A DNA stretch of 64,000 bases from the human T2T-CHM13v2.0 reference genome, Homo sapiens (GCF_009914755.1 NC_060927.1), one strand, 5' to 3'. Positions 19,140-33,806 are shown, counted from the first letter of the stretch. Numbers and translations are program-made. Notes: generated by a model not told the origin, from the sequence alone.

Positions 19140-19721
19140 AACACAGACACACACACGCACACGCACGCGCACGCACACACAGACACACGCACACACAGAC
19201 ACACACGCACACGCACACAGACACACACGCACACAGACACACACGCACACGCACACACAGACACACAGACGCACACAGACACGCACGCACACGCACGCAC
19301 ACGCACACATGCACAGAGACATGCACAGACACACATGCACAAACACGCGCAAACACGCAGACACGTGCACACAAGCACAGACACACACGTACACAGACGC
19401 ACATGCACACACACAAATGCACATGCACACATGCACACACATGCACATGCACACATGCACACACATGCACATAGACACAGACACACACGCACATAGACAC
19501 GCACACAGACACATGCACACACAGACATGCACACACGCGCACATACAGACACAGAGACACACATACACACACAGAGACACACGCAGACACACACACACAG
19601 ACATGCGCACACACACATGCGCGCACACATACAGCACACAGACACATATATGCAGACACGCAGACATGCAGACACACACGCACACACACATGCAGGTGCA
19701 TGCACATACACACACACACAC
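19140..19721. repeat. Complex (CA)n/(CACAGA)/(CACG) microsatellite, about 580 bp
   Basis: Directly visible alternating purine-pyrimidine tract. Confidence 0.95.
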
Positions 19722-22007
19722 AGTTTTTTGCCAAGGGAAGAGACATAGGTGAATGTATTTTACTGTTTTCAAAGGCAAGCTTTCCTCTCCACCCCTGCAG
19801 TGTGTCCCACGGTCACAGATTGGTTTACTGGGGCTACGGTGATTCCATCACAGGCTGGGCTTGGAGTCTGGAGGAGGCCTTCCAAAGAGGGCAGGAAGAG
19901 GAGGGAGCAGGCAGAATCCCAGAGGCTTCGTGGTGGAATGTGGCCAATCGTCCTCTTTAACGGAGGCTCACAGGTGCCTCTGTGGAGGGTGACTGTTCTG
20001 AGCCGACTCACACTAGCTCGATCATGAAAACATCTGTTGCAGTCTCCAGTTAGTGCCTCTGCCCACAGATGGCCTTTGAAAAGTGCTTTTGGTGCATTCT
20101 GCCTCTGAGACAGTAGGCCCCCTCCCTCCCGCCTCCCTAGAAAGCTCACAGAACCGACAGGTGCTGTAAGGAATCCACACCAGGATAGGGCTGTGGCTGG
20201 GCCAGGGTGGAGGATGGTGTGGTTTGGGGCAGCCTGCATCTATTTTCTATTGTTTCATTCTTTACTGACAGTACCCTGCTCTTTCCTCTTCCCCAGTCTC
20301 AGACCTTGTACTTCTGGAGGGGATGGCTCTGCCCCCAGAACCAGGGCTCTGCCACGTGACACAGGCCTAAGCTGGCCCACACATCACAGAGGTTGCCTCA
20401 TGACCTGGTTGCCACCAGTTAAAAGGGCCTCAGGCTTCTCTCTTGAGGCAGCTCCAACCGGCCATCCCACCTAACTTACAAAACGTGTGGGGCCGGGAAC
20501 GGGTCTGCAGAGATCCCCTGGGGCTTCTTCCAGGGACAAATGTGAATCCGAAGGTCGAAGTCAAAGAGATACTTAGAAACAATTCCCCTTTGGGATGTTA
20601 AAATGCTTCCAACAACTGGACTGAATATTGCAGACCCCTCAAATCCTGTGCTTCAAGGGTTCCTTTTGGCTGAACACTGAGAAGACCCCCAACCCCAGGT
20701 GTCACCTGTTCACAAGGTGACTTCCTGCCCCATCCCTGAAACCCTCCACTCATGCCCATCTCGGGAACTTTCAGCTGGGACCAGCTCTGGTTCTTGAATC
20801 TGAGCTACAGAAGGGCCTAAGGAGACCCTGGAGGCCTTCTGGGTCACCCCACAGATGAAGGAACAGGGCCCACAGAGCGGCCATGACTTTCCCTGAGCCA
20901 CACAAAGCCAAGACAAGAGCCTGGGAGCCCCAAGGGCCCATCTCGGGCTCTTTCCACTGTTACCACTTATATCAATTCAGAATGCAGCCAGCTGAAACAA
21001 GAGAAGACAGGAATCAGCTGTCAGGGAGTCTAGACTGTTCCAGGCCTGGGTGCTGCCACCTGAGCCGAACGCTTTTGTCTCTTTGCTCTGCTGTCCTGAC
21101 CATGCGGTCCTTTTCCTTGTGCTTCTTGCTCCATTTTCCAGCGATCCTGTCCACTTTCCGGGCAGGAAGAGGGAGACGGGCTCCGGGGCAATGGGCTGTG
21201 CTAGCTGTTTGTTCCTCCTAAACAGCTGCCCTGAAACTTCTCAGGTTTCTTCAGCCAGAACCGAGTTGCCTGGGCACGCAGGAGTGAGTATTTGTACTTG
21301 GGCACGCTGCCACCCGAACAAAACTGGAGTCTGCTAGACAGGAAGAAGGGGAGAAGACCAGCAGCAGAGTCTGCCACAAGTTGTTGGATGGGGATCTTGG
21401 CTAAGGATGCCCTGCCCGGTAAACCACCAGGCCCTTCTCTTCAACCTCCAGCGACCCAAAGACTGACTTCAGTAGAGCAGATAACATTTGTTTTTTCTGT
21501 AGAGTTGGAGGTTTCCAGGGACATCAGAAGCTAGGAAGGAGGAAGGGGGGTATTCCGACCACGCACCACCTTCACATGCTGATCTCTGAGTTCTCTCCTG
21601 TTCTCGAGGGCCCTGCTCGGAATTGTGAGGGTGGGGAGTGCAGGGCCAGAGGGACGGGGGAGCCGCATGCTGGGAAAGGGTGAAGTCAGAATGCCATTCT
21701 ACCGACAGCCTGCGTGCTCGGAGACCCGGGCCAGGCGCTGAGGCACCTTCCCGCACATTCCACCCCTCCACATGGAGCCCACGGGGGCCACGGACACAGA
21801 CCTGGCTTGTCTTCCAGGCTGGGCCCAACTTCCTCCATGAAGTTCCCTGGTTAGGGGGAACCACTCACCCTTCCCACCCAAGCCCTGGACACCTTGGGGC
21901 AGGCACCTGTTAATGCGCTCATGGGGTGTGAGCTCACATTGCCCTGAACAGTGTTCTTCAAAGTGAGGTGGCTTGACCGGCAGCATCAGACCACCTGAGA
22001 ACCTGCC

Positions 22008-23121
<1,114 letters not shown>

Positions 23122-23903
23122 TAATTAATATATCTTTTTAAAAAATTGTAGCATTTATACCTATTGTAAATGTTGTGTGAATCTTTTTCAAGAATGTTGT
23201 CCTGAGGAACACATCCTCATTGTAAACAGTCAAGAACACCTGGGGAGGAGTCTGAAGCTGGGGGTGACGGCTTGTGCCGTGTGGGCCACAAGGCCCTGTC
23301 TATCCTGTCACTGTCCCTCCTGCACAGCAGTGTTCTTCTACCACACCACCTCGGTGGCCTCTCCAAATGAGACCAAGGGGGGCAGGGCTAGTAGGCCATG
23401 TACTTACTTCTTTGTACCTTCCAGAGCGCTGAGCACAGGGCTGTGCACACAGCAGGCTGGCCGACCCCAAGCACTTGTGGGGCCTAGGACAAGAGTACCA
23501 ACAGAGGCCCGCCTACCATGTGGCTCCACATTAAATGTTACAAATCAAGCTAACAAGCTATTAAAGAGAATGTGTTCTGTCCTCCTACTTTGACAAACAA
23601 ACCTTTATAAAGACTCAGCAGCCTAGAATAGGAGCTGCGGACAGAACAGGCTTCCCCGCCATAGCCCACCCGCTCTCTTCCCATCCAGGCTGCAACCCAC
23701 GCTTCGAGGGCCTTGCGCATTGCAGAGGACACGGCAGCCTGCTCATCACGCTCAACTACACCTCCTGCAAGAGCTTTGGCCACCTTGGGAGGCAGGATCT
23801 AGGTAAGGGGCCCTCCAGACCCTGGAAGCTGGCTCAGGGCTGTTTGAGGTATAAAGTCCAGGATCCCAGGTATCTGGAACATGGTGTGAAAAATGGGCTC
23901 TGG

Positions 23904-24460
<557 letters not shown>

Positions 24461-24822
24461 AAAGCACAAAACCGAGGACTAGAATCCCTCTTGCCTAGGT
24501 CTAGGGGTGGTACTGACAAGTAGGTATCAGTAAGTATTTGCTCAACAAATGGCCAATAGCCCTACAACAGGCCTGGTAGCCATGGGGGTGCTGGGGCATG
24601 GCTGCCTGACTCACAAGGATTTCATTTCCTTTTTCTGGGGCCTCGGTGGCCATGTGTCCGCTATACACCCTGCTTCTGGCCTGTGCTGACTGGTCCAGTG
24701 GTAGATGCCTGACGCACACTGGGCCAATCAGATGATCTCTCCCAGGAATTCCAAATTGAAGACAAGAAAACAGGCTCTGGAGTAATAGCAGTAGTGACAG
24801 TGAACATCCTTCCTGCACCCAC

Positions 24823-25096
24823 CGTGTGCCAAGCACTGTGCTGAGTGTTTTGTGTCTTAGACTCTATGCCATGTGCCAAGCACTGTGCTGAGTGTTTTGT
24901 GTCTTAGACTCTATGCCGTGTGCCAAGCACTGTGCTGAGTGTTTTGTGTCTTAGACTCTATGCCGTGTGCCAAGCACTGTGCTGAGTGTTTTGTGTCTTA
25001 GACTCTATGCCGTGTGCCAAGCACTGTGCAGTGTTTTGTGTCTTAGTCTCTATGCCGTGTGCCAAGCACTGTGCTGAGTGTTTTGCATCTTAGACT
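24823..25096. repeat. 47-bp tandem repeat, about 5.8 copies
   Basis: Unit cgtgtgccaagcactgtgctgagtgttttgtgtcttagactctatgc starting at 24823, 24870, 24917, 24964, 25011 and 25056. Confidence 0.95.
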
Positions 25097-25966
25097 GGAT
25101 CTTCACAACCACCTCACCAAGCTGGTGATCGTACTGTGTGTTTTTCAGATGAGGGGCTAGGGTGCCCAAAGGTTAACTTTCCTTTCCAGAAGTTCAGGGT
25201 AGGGAAGTGGTAGCATGAGGCGAGCTGGAGTGACTGTGCAGCTGAGACTCGTCCATGTGATGCAGAGACAAAGTCGGTCAACTCTGGCCATCCAGGTCCC
25301 CAGGAATTGACTGGCTTTGTGATAACTGAGCCGACTTCATGGAAAATGGCCTGTGTGCAGTGGTGGGCAAGACCTGGCTCTGGGAGATGGCCACAGCGGC
25401 GAGGGGTGGTGGTGTGGGGGCCAAGTGAAGCCATGAGAGAGGGAAGCAGAGAAAACCTCCCCTTCCAGAGGGAGAGCAGAGCACTGATGAAGACCAGCCG
25501 GGCCCACCCCCACCTCAGTAGATACCACAGAGCACCCACTGTAGGGTCTCTGGGAGATCCGCTCCCCACGCCCCCCTCCAGTGAGTTAGCAGCGAGCTTG
25601 CCAGAGAAAAGATGTGGGCCGCTTATTTTGGAGGTGTGGGGCAGGGGGCAGCAGAGAAGTTTGCACCCTTCTCTGCACCCATCCACAGAAGGGCAGACAC
25701 CCCAGAGCCTGATGGGGTGGAGGCAGCTGGAATGTGCCAGGGCAGCGGAGGCCCTGCAAGAGCCAGAGAACCAGTCCAGGTCGAAGAAGGGCGCGGGGGG
25801 CCTCACTGACTAGAGGATGAGAGTGGTCCCTGACTGGCTCTTGGAGAATGGAATCTGCCCTTCTCGGTGGAGCAGGTAGGCCTTTGAGTGCCTAACAAAA
25901 CGAAAGAAATCGGCAGCAGAAGTTTCTATCAGGGTCCAAGCCTCGGCATGTGCTGGCTTGTTTGGC

Positions 25967-25972
25967 TTTATT
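25967..25972 (-). terminator. MELTF: Probable MELTF polyadenylation signal AATAAA (3'UTR about 1.6 kb)
   Basis: tttatt on + strand; the first canonical hexamer I found downstream of the stop codon. Confidence 0.7.
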
Positions 25973-26569
25973 TTAGAAACCAACCAACATGTTTCATTAG
26001 CACTGACACAGCAGGGGCCCCCTGCTGCCACCTGACAATCCAGCGTCACTTACACTGCACCCACGCAGGCCACACCTTCAATGGCCACGGCACGCTAGCC
26101 CAGAGTTAGCCACACAGAAACACACTTCTCACCGCACAAAACTCCCTTTTGAAAAAACCAAGCAATCGTCAGGTCGGAGGAGAATCACTAGCCCCCCACA
26201 GCGAGAGGGGACAAAGCTTGGTGGCCGAGGCCCAGGTCCTTGTGGCCCCTCCCGGTGGGGTGAAGGTGCCCGGGACTCCTCGGGGTTGCATGGCTACAGC
26301 CGGGGCGCTGCCAGGGCCTCCTCTGCGGCTGAGAGATGGAAGGGATCCTTCCCGACGCCCGCAGGTGGGGGCGAGCCACCGGGAACCGGGCCTGTCACCA
26401 GCATCCCCGAGCCCCCGCAGACCGGAATGCAAATGGCTCCGCGCCCACGCGGCTCCCGGTCTGCTGACGAGGGCTGCCTGCTCCCATTTCTTCTCTTCCT
26501 CTTCATTTTTTTTAAGGGCTGCCAGTTCTGGAAACTTTTTCTGGCTTCTCAGACAACTGTGGCAAGATG

Positions 26570-28150
26570 GAGTAGAGAGAGGCCCCGGCCGGGCGCTTTC
26601 TGCTGCCTCGCGGAGGGGCGGGCACGGGGAGTGAGGGGTCCCCAGGCCCAGCGGGTGCGGGGCCGGGTGAGGAGACGGAGCTCACCCCCGTTCGGAACCC
26701 AGAAGCATGGCGGGTCCCCACGCGCAGCCCTTCAGGGGCCTCGGGAGCCCGCGGCCTGGGTCACCTCCGGCTCCCTTCAGGCGGGGGGCGGCTGCTGCCG
26801 CCAGGCTCGGGCGTGGGTGCGGGCGGTGGGCATCCCACGGGGGTAGGGGAGGCGAGAGCCTGAGGAGACTCGGGAGGGGGCCCGTGGACGCGGCTGGCCC
26901 GGGATGGAGCTGGCGCGGCCACAGTGGGGGACGAGGCAGGGCACGCGGCGTTCCCCGGGCTCGGCCTCCCTCCCAGCGCACGGGCGGTCGGAGGAACTGG
27001 AGCCCCCACCCCGGACACGGTCCCGCGGGCGAAGGCTTCTCCCCGTCGCCCCGGTCCGGCCTCCCTCCCGCCGCCGCCAGCAGAGGCCGCTGTCCCACGC
27101 GCCGGGTCCCGTTGGCGCCGGGGCCTCCTGGGACGGCCTGGCCGCGGCCTGCGGGTGTAGGCGCCTCGGCGGCCACCGCGTCCCCAGGGGGCCTCGCGGA
27201 CGGGGGCGCGGGGCTGCGGGGAGGAGGCGGGCGGGCCCCTCGGGCGACACTGCGGGGCGGGCGGCGGGAAGCCCGGACTCAGCGGTTTCCTGGGCAACCG
27301 GCCTCCTCCGGCGCGGCCCGCGCGGCTCCAGGTGGCGGGAGGCGGCGGTTGGCGGGAAGGGCCGCGCGGGCCCGGGGGCGGCGCCTCAGGTAGCAGCGCC
27401 AGGTGGCGCCCGTGGGCGGCGGGGCTCCCGGGGAGGCGCCTGCTCCCGCCCACGCCGGGCCCGGCCTTCGCGAGCTTCCTTCTGGATTCCAGCGCGAAGC
27501 CGCCGCGGAAACTCCCCGGGCGGGCATCGGAGCTCTGGGGCGGGGCGGCCGGGCTCAGAGGGCGGGCGGGAGCAGGCGGGCGGCGAGGGCGGGCAGCAGC
27601 AGCGGGAGCAGGGGCGCCCCGGGCGCCGGGGCCGCTGGGGACGAACGCGGCGGGTCAGGCCCCGAAGCCCGGGCCGCGGTGGCCGCCTCAGGCGCCCGCT
27701 CTGGGGTGGGGGTGGGGGTGGGGGCATCTTTCGGGACCGAACTCGCCGCAGCCTCCCTCTTTGTGCTCCTTTCCCCTGCTGCCCTTCCAGATGCGCTCTT
27801 TCCAGAAAGGCAGCACACGCATGTCTCTGCCGTGGCCCCAGATCCTCCCCGCGCCGCCGTTTTGAGCGTTCACACTCATTACCCAGGTCCGTCTGGGAGA
27901 CCCGCCGGGCTCCCGCCCTCCCGGCCCGCAGCCTCCTGGCCAAAATCCTCCCGGGACACCCCACCTGGACTGCTGCGAACGGGCCTCCACCCGCCTCCCC
28001 GGACCCGCAGCGCCCCCCGCTCCCTCAGGGTTCTGGGGTGAAGGGGTCTGAATAGCACCAGGGGAGGCGGCAGGGCGGGCCTGTCCTACCTGCGCCCGAG
28101 CACTGCTGAGACGACATCCCTTCCAGCGCCGCCACGTAGTCCAGCCCCAG
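26570..28150. promoter_or_regulatory. 3' CpG island over the MELTF last exon/3'UTR; likely antisense promoter
   Basis: Very high GC content, dense CpG and several GGGCGG boxes. Confidence 0.85.
27555..27634 (-). CDS. MELTF: Melanotransferrin exon 16 coding part, GPI-anchor signal (AAPAPGAPLLPLLLPALAARLLPPAL*)
   Basis: CAG acceptor; hydrophobic C-terminal tail with no cytoplasmic domain; TGA at 27557-27555; total CDS 2217 nt. Confidence 0.96.
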
Positions 28151-28288
28151 CCAGCCGCGGTAGGTGGTTTTCTCTCCGACAGGCACCGCCCGGACGGTGG
28201 CATCCTTGAAAAGCAGGTCTTGGCCATGATAGTTGGAGGAGTCGAACATTTTGAACCCGTTCTTATTGTGGTCGTCTCCAAACAGGTC
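28090..28288 (-). CDS. MELTF: Melanotransferrin exon 15 (DLFGDDHNKNGFKMFDSS...DLLFKDAT...SSQQCSGA)
   Basis: CAG acceptor, GTAGGA donor, 199 nt. Confidence 0.97.
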
Positions 28289-29987
28289 CTGGAAGCACCG
28301 CAGGCAGACGACCTGCTCCTCACTGGGCTCAGGCAGGGTCACCCGCCCAGTGCCGCTAGCTGCAAATTGCTTTACATACAGTGACCCAAAGAGCAAGTCA
28401 TTTCAGGGCCCCACCACTCTGATTGGAAGTCATAAGCTTGACAACTGATTGGCCTCTGTCACCCAAGCGGGTGTGGGGACACTAGGCCCGCAGGTGCCAC
28501 TGGAAGAGGCGTTCAGAAGCACTGCGGTGCTCCAGCTCCTGGATGCAGGTCTGAGGCCTGAGATGTCCAGGAAGAAAGACCCAGAAATGAGGGATGGTGT
28601 GGGTGGGATTCCTGAGCGTTCTGCTAGGCCTGCTGAGCACTTCTTGGCCTTTTCCATAAGGCTTTCTCACTCTGTCTTACAGATATCTCCCCACAAACCT
28701 AAACAATTTCGAGAGGGACTTGTGTTCTGCAACCAGTCACAGAATATCAGGTGAGCTGGGCGTGTCTTCACTGACCCACCCGCCCAGGGATGCTGCACTC
28801 CTCTCCACCCTGCTCAGAATCACTAGAATGACCGTTCTGTGGCTACAGCCCTAAAAGAGCTACTAAAAAGACCAGAAGTAGTATGAGAACTTATGAATAC
28901 GAATATAAATAAAGGACATCTGGAGAACATGCATGAATGTCTATGTAAAGTGTTAAGTACTGATCAAGGAGGAACGAAGGAGTCAGGTGGCTCTCAGTCT
29001 TTTTGGAGGGACTCGCAGATCCTCCTGAAGATCTGATGAAAGCTGTCAGCCTTCTCCCCAGAAAAATGCACATCCACCCAGGATTCTTCTCCCACATTAC
29101 TTCAGAGGACTTAGCAACCCCCTAGGGAAGCCCAGGGACCCAGAGTAAAGCACTCCTGGGATAGAGGGGTTCTGTGGGGAAGATGACAGGAAGGAACATG
29201 CGTCAGTTCACAATGTCAAAGTTTAGGAACAGGCCTGGCGAGCCAGCCAGCTCTGCAGTTCTGTGGTGCTGGTGGGTGTGGAGAAGGCAATTTCAGCATA
29301 AGTCGGGGGAGGGGGAGTGGTTAGAAACCAGTGGCTCCATTGTGAGACAACCTGGGTTTAAATTCTAGGTATATTTTGAAAGCACAACCAATGGGATCTG
29401 CTGATAGATTGGCTGTAGAGCACGAGAGGAAGACCGGAGTCAAAAATGACTCCCGAGGAAATGGAAAAGCTAAAGTTGCTCTTAATTGAAGTGGGGAAGA
29501 CTGAAGGAGGGACGGGGGTCCAACTTTGGACTTGATCCATTTGAGATGACTGTTAGAAACACAAGTCAAAATGTCAAGTATGTAGTTAAATATGCAAGTT
29601 TGGGACTGATGTCTGAAGATGTAAATTTAGAAGCCATCTGTATATAGATGGTATTTGATGACATGGGATTGGATGAGATCAAGGGTAAGCTGTAGACAGG
29701 GAAGAGGGCTGAGAACTGAATCCTAGGGCTAACAGGTCAGGGAGATGGGGAGGAAATCAGCAGAGAAGACTGAGGAGTGGCCAGAGAGTGAGAGGACAGC
29801 CAGGCAGGGCTGAGGACCTGGGCATCTGCAGGGGAAGGTGTTTCCAGGAGGAGGGAGAGCTGTGGCCAGTGCCACTGAGAGGTCAAGTAAAATGAAGACT
29901 GAGAAATGGCCACTGGGTTTAGCAACATGGGTCACTGTGACCTTGACAAGAACAGCTTCAGGGCCCTGGTGGGAGCCTGTCTGGGGT

Positions 29988-30077
29988 AGTCTCCATCCTT
30001 AAGAGGGGCCAGAGGAGAGGACTTGCTAACTCAGTCTCCATCCTTAAGAGAGGCCAGAGGAGAGGACTTGTTAACTC
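29988..30077. repeat. 45-bp tandem duplication
   Basis: agtctccatccttaagagRggccagaggagaggacttgYtaactc, two copies. Confidence 0.9.
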
Positions 30078-30127
30078 CAGAGCAGACCACTCTTTGGAGG
30101 AGTTTTGCTTCGAAAGGGAGCAGGATT

Positions 30128-30502
<375 letters not shown>

Positions 30503-30737
30503 TCACAGCATGTTTCATGTTGGTGAAAATGGTCCGACTGAGAAGGGAAAATCAACGATGCAGGAGGCAGAGGGGACAGTTTCTGGAGGGATGTCCTTGC
30601 GTAAGTGAAAATCACAGAATTTCCCCCGGGCTTCCTCAATTTCTCTAGAGGTCTGCTCCAGGTAGACTGAGGCCTCCCAGGGGCTCAGCTTACCTCTGCT
30701 GCACACCCCTCAATGAGGTAGCCCCACCCTGGCTCAC

Positions 30738-30925
30738 CTGGGCCTTGTCCAGCAGTCCATACACGGTGAAGATGTTGGTGTCGGGCCGGACCATCACGGC
30801 GTGGGGTGGTATCTGTGCCAGGTTGCAGGCTGCAAACTGGGACACCTCGGCTCGGGCCCCGTTGGGGCACAGCAGTTCATAGTCCTCTGACCTGAGCTCA
30901 GCAGCCCAGGGCTCGGAATTGTGGC
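30738..30925 (-). CDS. MELTF: Melanotransferrin exon 14 (GHNSEPWAAEL...YELLC...CNLAQIPPHAVMV...DKAQ)
   Basis: CAG acceptor, GTGAGC donor, 188 nt; paralogous to exon 7. Confidence 0.96.
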
Positions 30926-32845
30926 CTGAGGGGGGTAAAGCAGTGTGTGTGGGGACGTTCCGGGAGTGGAGAGAAGTGTAAAGAGAAGCTGCTATCCTGG
31001 GACCCCAAGGCCTTCACCACAGGGAGGTGGCAACATCTGGCCAGCTCCCCAACCCTCTCCATTCTCCACGTGCTCTGCTGTGTTACCGGGGTGAAAGAAC
31101 CCAGCTGTGTTCATGCCATTAGCAGGAGCTGCCATTAATTAGCAGGGAGTAGGGAGTACCTACTATGTGACAAGTACTTTACACGCGTTGCTTGATCCCC
31201 ACAACAGTAACGCAGGGTAGGTGTTTTTGTCCCCATTTTACAGGTGAGGAAACTGAGGCTGTTAATCACTCCCAGGCAGAGAACCCCATCTATGTGTTAC
31301 ATCCTCAAGCCTGAGTGTGGGGTGGCTCCCTGAAGGTGGTGGGTGATTGTCCCTAAGGGCTGAAGTTCTCAAATGGAACAGGGTATAGCATCACTTGTGG
31401 ATGCAGAAGGCAGCTTCAAGGGCCCTTGCTTGCAAAGAATCTTATTCAGGAGGTCTCAGATCAGGCTCAAGAATCTGCATGTTAAACCAGCATCCCACTG
31501 ATTCTAAAGCAGGCGGTCTCGGGCTGCCTGAGAAAATGCTGCCCTCAGGAATCACATTTTCATGTCTCTGTGCATTCACTTAGTATCCATCCTCCTCCCA
31601 TTTCCAGGAAATCCAGGTGGGCCTTGAGGAGAGCTAAAGATAAAAGGGAAAGGAGTGGCCCTGGGAGGCGGGTGACTCACTGCAAGTGAACCTCCCAAGG
31701 CCTCTCCAGCACCTGCCCGCCTCCCCTGACCCCATCCCAGACGACACCATGCACAGATCTGGGACCAGGCAGGCCCGCTGGGCTCGTGCAGGAGCACACA
31801 GCCCCTCCCTGGGGGAGGGTTTCAGGTGTTCTTGGTAGGAGGCTGGGTGGGGGAGCTGGGCTGTGGCAACAGGAAGGGTTCAGGGCCTGGAGCCCTCCCT
31901 AGCTCTGCTGGGGCAAATGGTCCTACCGCCTTGGTGACCCCCATAGGAGGCAAGATCCAAGTTTTGAAACACTAACTGAGGTTTTCGTTTTTTTCCCTGC
32001 ACGTCTTGCTTCCCATTGTCCAGTCCCCTCCCCACCGGGCCACAGTTGTGCCTTTCTGGGCTAAGTCTATAGGAGGAGACATGTTGGGAGCGAGTGGAGA
32101 AGACTGGGCCTCCAGCATTTGGGGTTTCAAAGCCTGGGGTGTAGGCAGGGTATGCAGACAGTACAAGCCTTTGGTGTTGGAGGAAAACAGCCTCTAGTCT
32201 TCAAAACGGACACAGATTCCTTCACGGAGAACAAGAAGAAGGGGAAGTGATATAAGTCAGGGGAGCGTGTGCTCTGATAGGACCATGTATGTACTGGGGT
32301 CCCGGAGCAGAGCGTTCCTGAGCTCTTTGTCCCAGGCGGAGCCCAGGAAGGTGACTCCAGGAAGAAAACCCCCTGTGTGGTATGTTGGGCGTGCCCTGCC
32401 TCGGTGTGGCTTGGGGGCTGCAGAGAGATTTCCTTGCATGAGGCAGTGACCTGCTCAGGAACACAGACCAGATACTGATTGAACTCATGACCCTGTGGAG
32501 AGGCTCATGCCACTCCCACCTCACACCTTGGCACTACATCAATACTCCCAGAAGGGGGTCTTTCCAGATTGACTGGGATTGAGTTTCTACCGTTTCGGTG
32601 GATTAGGGACTTGAATTCCAGGCCAGTAAAAACCGTCATGTATCCAGCACCCCTGGATGTGTGGTCTGAGGTCTGTTCTTACCCTGTGACCCTTGGGGCT
32701 CCCAGCTTCCCAGGGGGCACAGCCTTCTAGACTCAGCCTCTCTGAGCTGCTGCTTGGCCCCAGCCCAGCATGGTGTCTGGATGGTGCTGAAGATGGGGAA
32801 CAGTCCCCCCGACCTACCTTTGGCCCTGCTCTTGCCCCCACCTAC

Positions 32846-32913
32846 CGTTTGTGTTGTCAAAGACGGTTGTGTGCCTGACGAAGGCAACGTCACCCGCATT
32901 CTCCACCAGGCAC
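32846..32913 (-). CDS. MELTF: Melanotransferrin exon 13 ([22 protein letters not shown])
   Basis: CAG acceptor, GTAGGT donor, 68 nt; GDVAFVRH motif. Confidence 0.97.
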
Positions 32914-32997
32914 CTGCCACACAGAGGGCAGGGCAGGCGTCGGCAGGAGGGTCCCAGCCTCTGCACACAGCCCCAGACTGCCAGGCCACCCGGGTAC

Positions 32998-33154
32998 CTG
33001 AAGGCGCCGCGGTAGCCGTAATACCGCTCCTGGCTGTTGCCCACACACTTGTTGCGGCCCTGCTCGTCCCCCACGCACAGTGCACACAGCGAGGAGGGGT
33101 AGTTCTTGGGGTTGTTCACGGGCACGCAGCTGGCATTGAAGAACTCGCTCACTG
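32998..33154 (-). CDS. MELTF: Melanotransferrin exon 12 ([12 protein letters not shown]...YYGYRGAFR)
   Basis: CAG acceptor, GTACCC donor, 157 nt. Confidence 0.96.
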
Positions 33155-33806
33155 CTGGGGTGGAGGGAAGGGCAATGATGAGGGGCCAGCAGTGGAAAGT
33201 GTGGGAGGGAGCTGGGCGGGCCGCTCCCCCACAGGTCTGCCCACCCCCCGGATCCTACACTGCAAGGCCACCTGTCTGCTCCGCTCCCCTCAGCTCTGAG
33301 TGGAGTGTCTCCTGGAGGATCTCAGTGCGGGGAATGCAGAGGTTGTCTAGATACAGCATCTCCATCACCAAACATCACCCAGCCTTCACTTGAACTCCCT
33401 CAGGGACAGGGATCTCACTACCTCACTATTTTGTTCCAATCAGAGCAGGTGTCCAGCTGTCTGGGAGTGGGAGCTGCCAACCCTAGTGCCCTCTGTGTGC
33501 TTGTGTCAGTGGTTAGAAAAAAAAGTGCTTGTATGTTTTCTGAGTTAACAGCCAGGACAGAGGTGTGTGGCCTGTCAGCCCAAGGGTCTTGCCAGTTTCC
33601 ATGAATATTGTGTGATCTAACACACTGGAGGGGCTTCATGTATAGCATATGGTGGGTCCTTCTGTCCCCAGCTTATGGAGATACCTGGGCACATATGCAG
33701 AAGCCTGGCCACCTTCCAACAAGGTCCTCTCCCCAACAGGCTGCGGGTCCCTAGCTAACCCCAGAGAAGGCTTCCCCAGTCTGCGTTCCTAAAAAGGGGG
33801 GGGTAC

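Larger units (their letters stand above)
27090..28935 (+). ncRNA. MELTF-AS1: Antisense lncRNA overlapping MELTF exons 15-16, boundaries approximate
   Basis: Identity is from recalled annotation. Supporting sequence: CpG island as promoter, + strand splice-like sites (ccctcAG at about 28027, AG|GTGAGC at about 28750, tgctcAG at about 28817) and AATAAA at 28908-28913. Confidence 0.6.

Noticed and set aside
18733-19778. Long His/Thr-rich and Cys/Val-rich ORFs on both strands
   Set aside because: Translations of the (CA)n microsatellite.
26149-28055. Many long overlapping Arg/Gly/Pro-rich ORFs (up to 383 aa)
   Set aside because: Expected from stop-codon scarcity in a CpG island; the only supported coding sequence here is MELTF exon 16.
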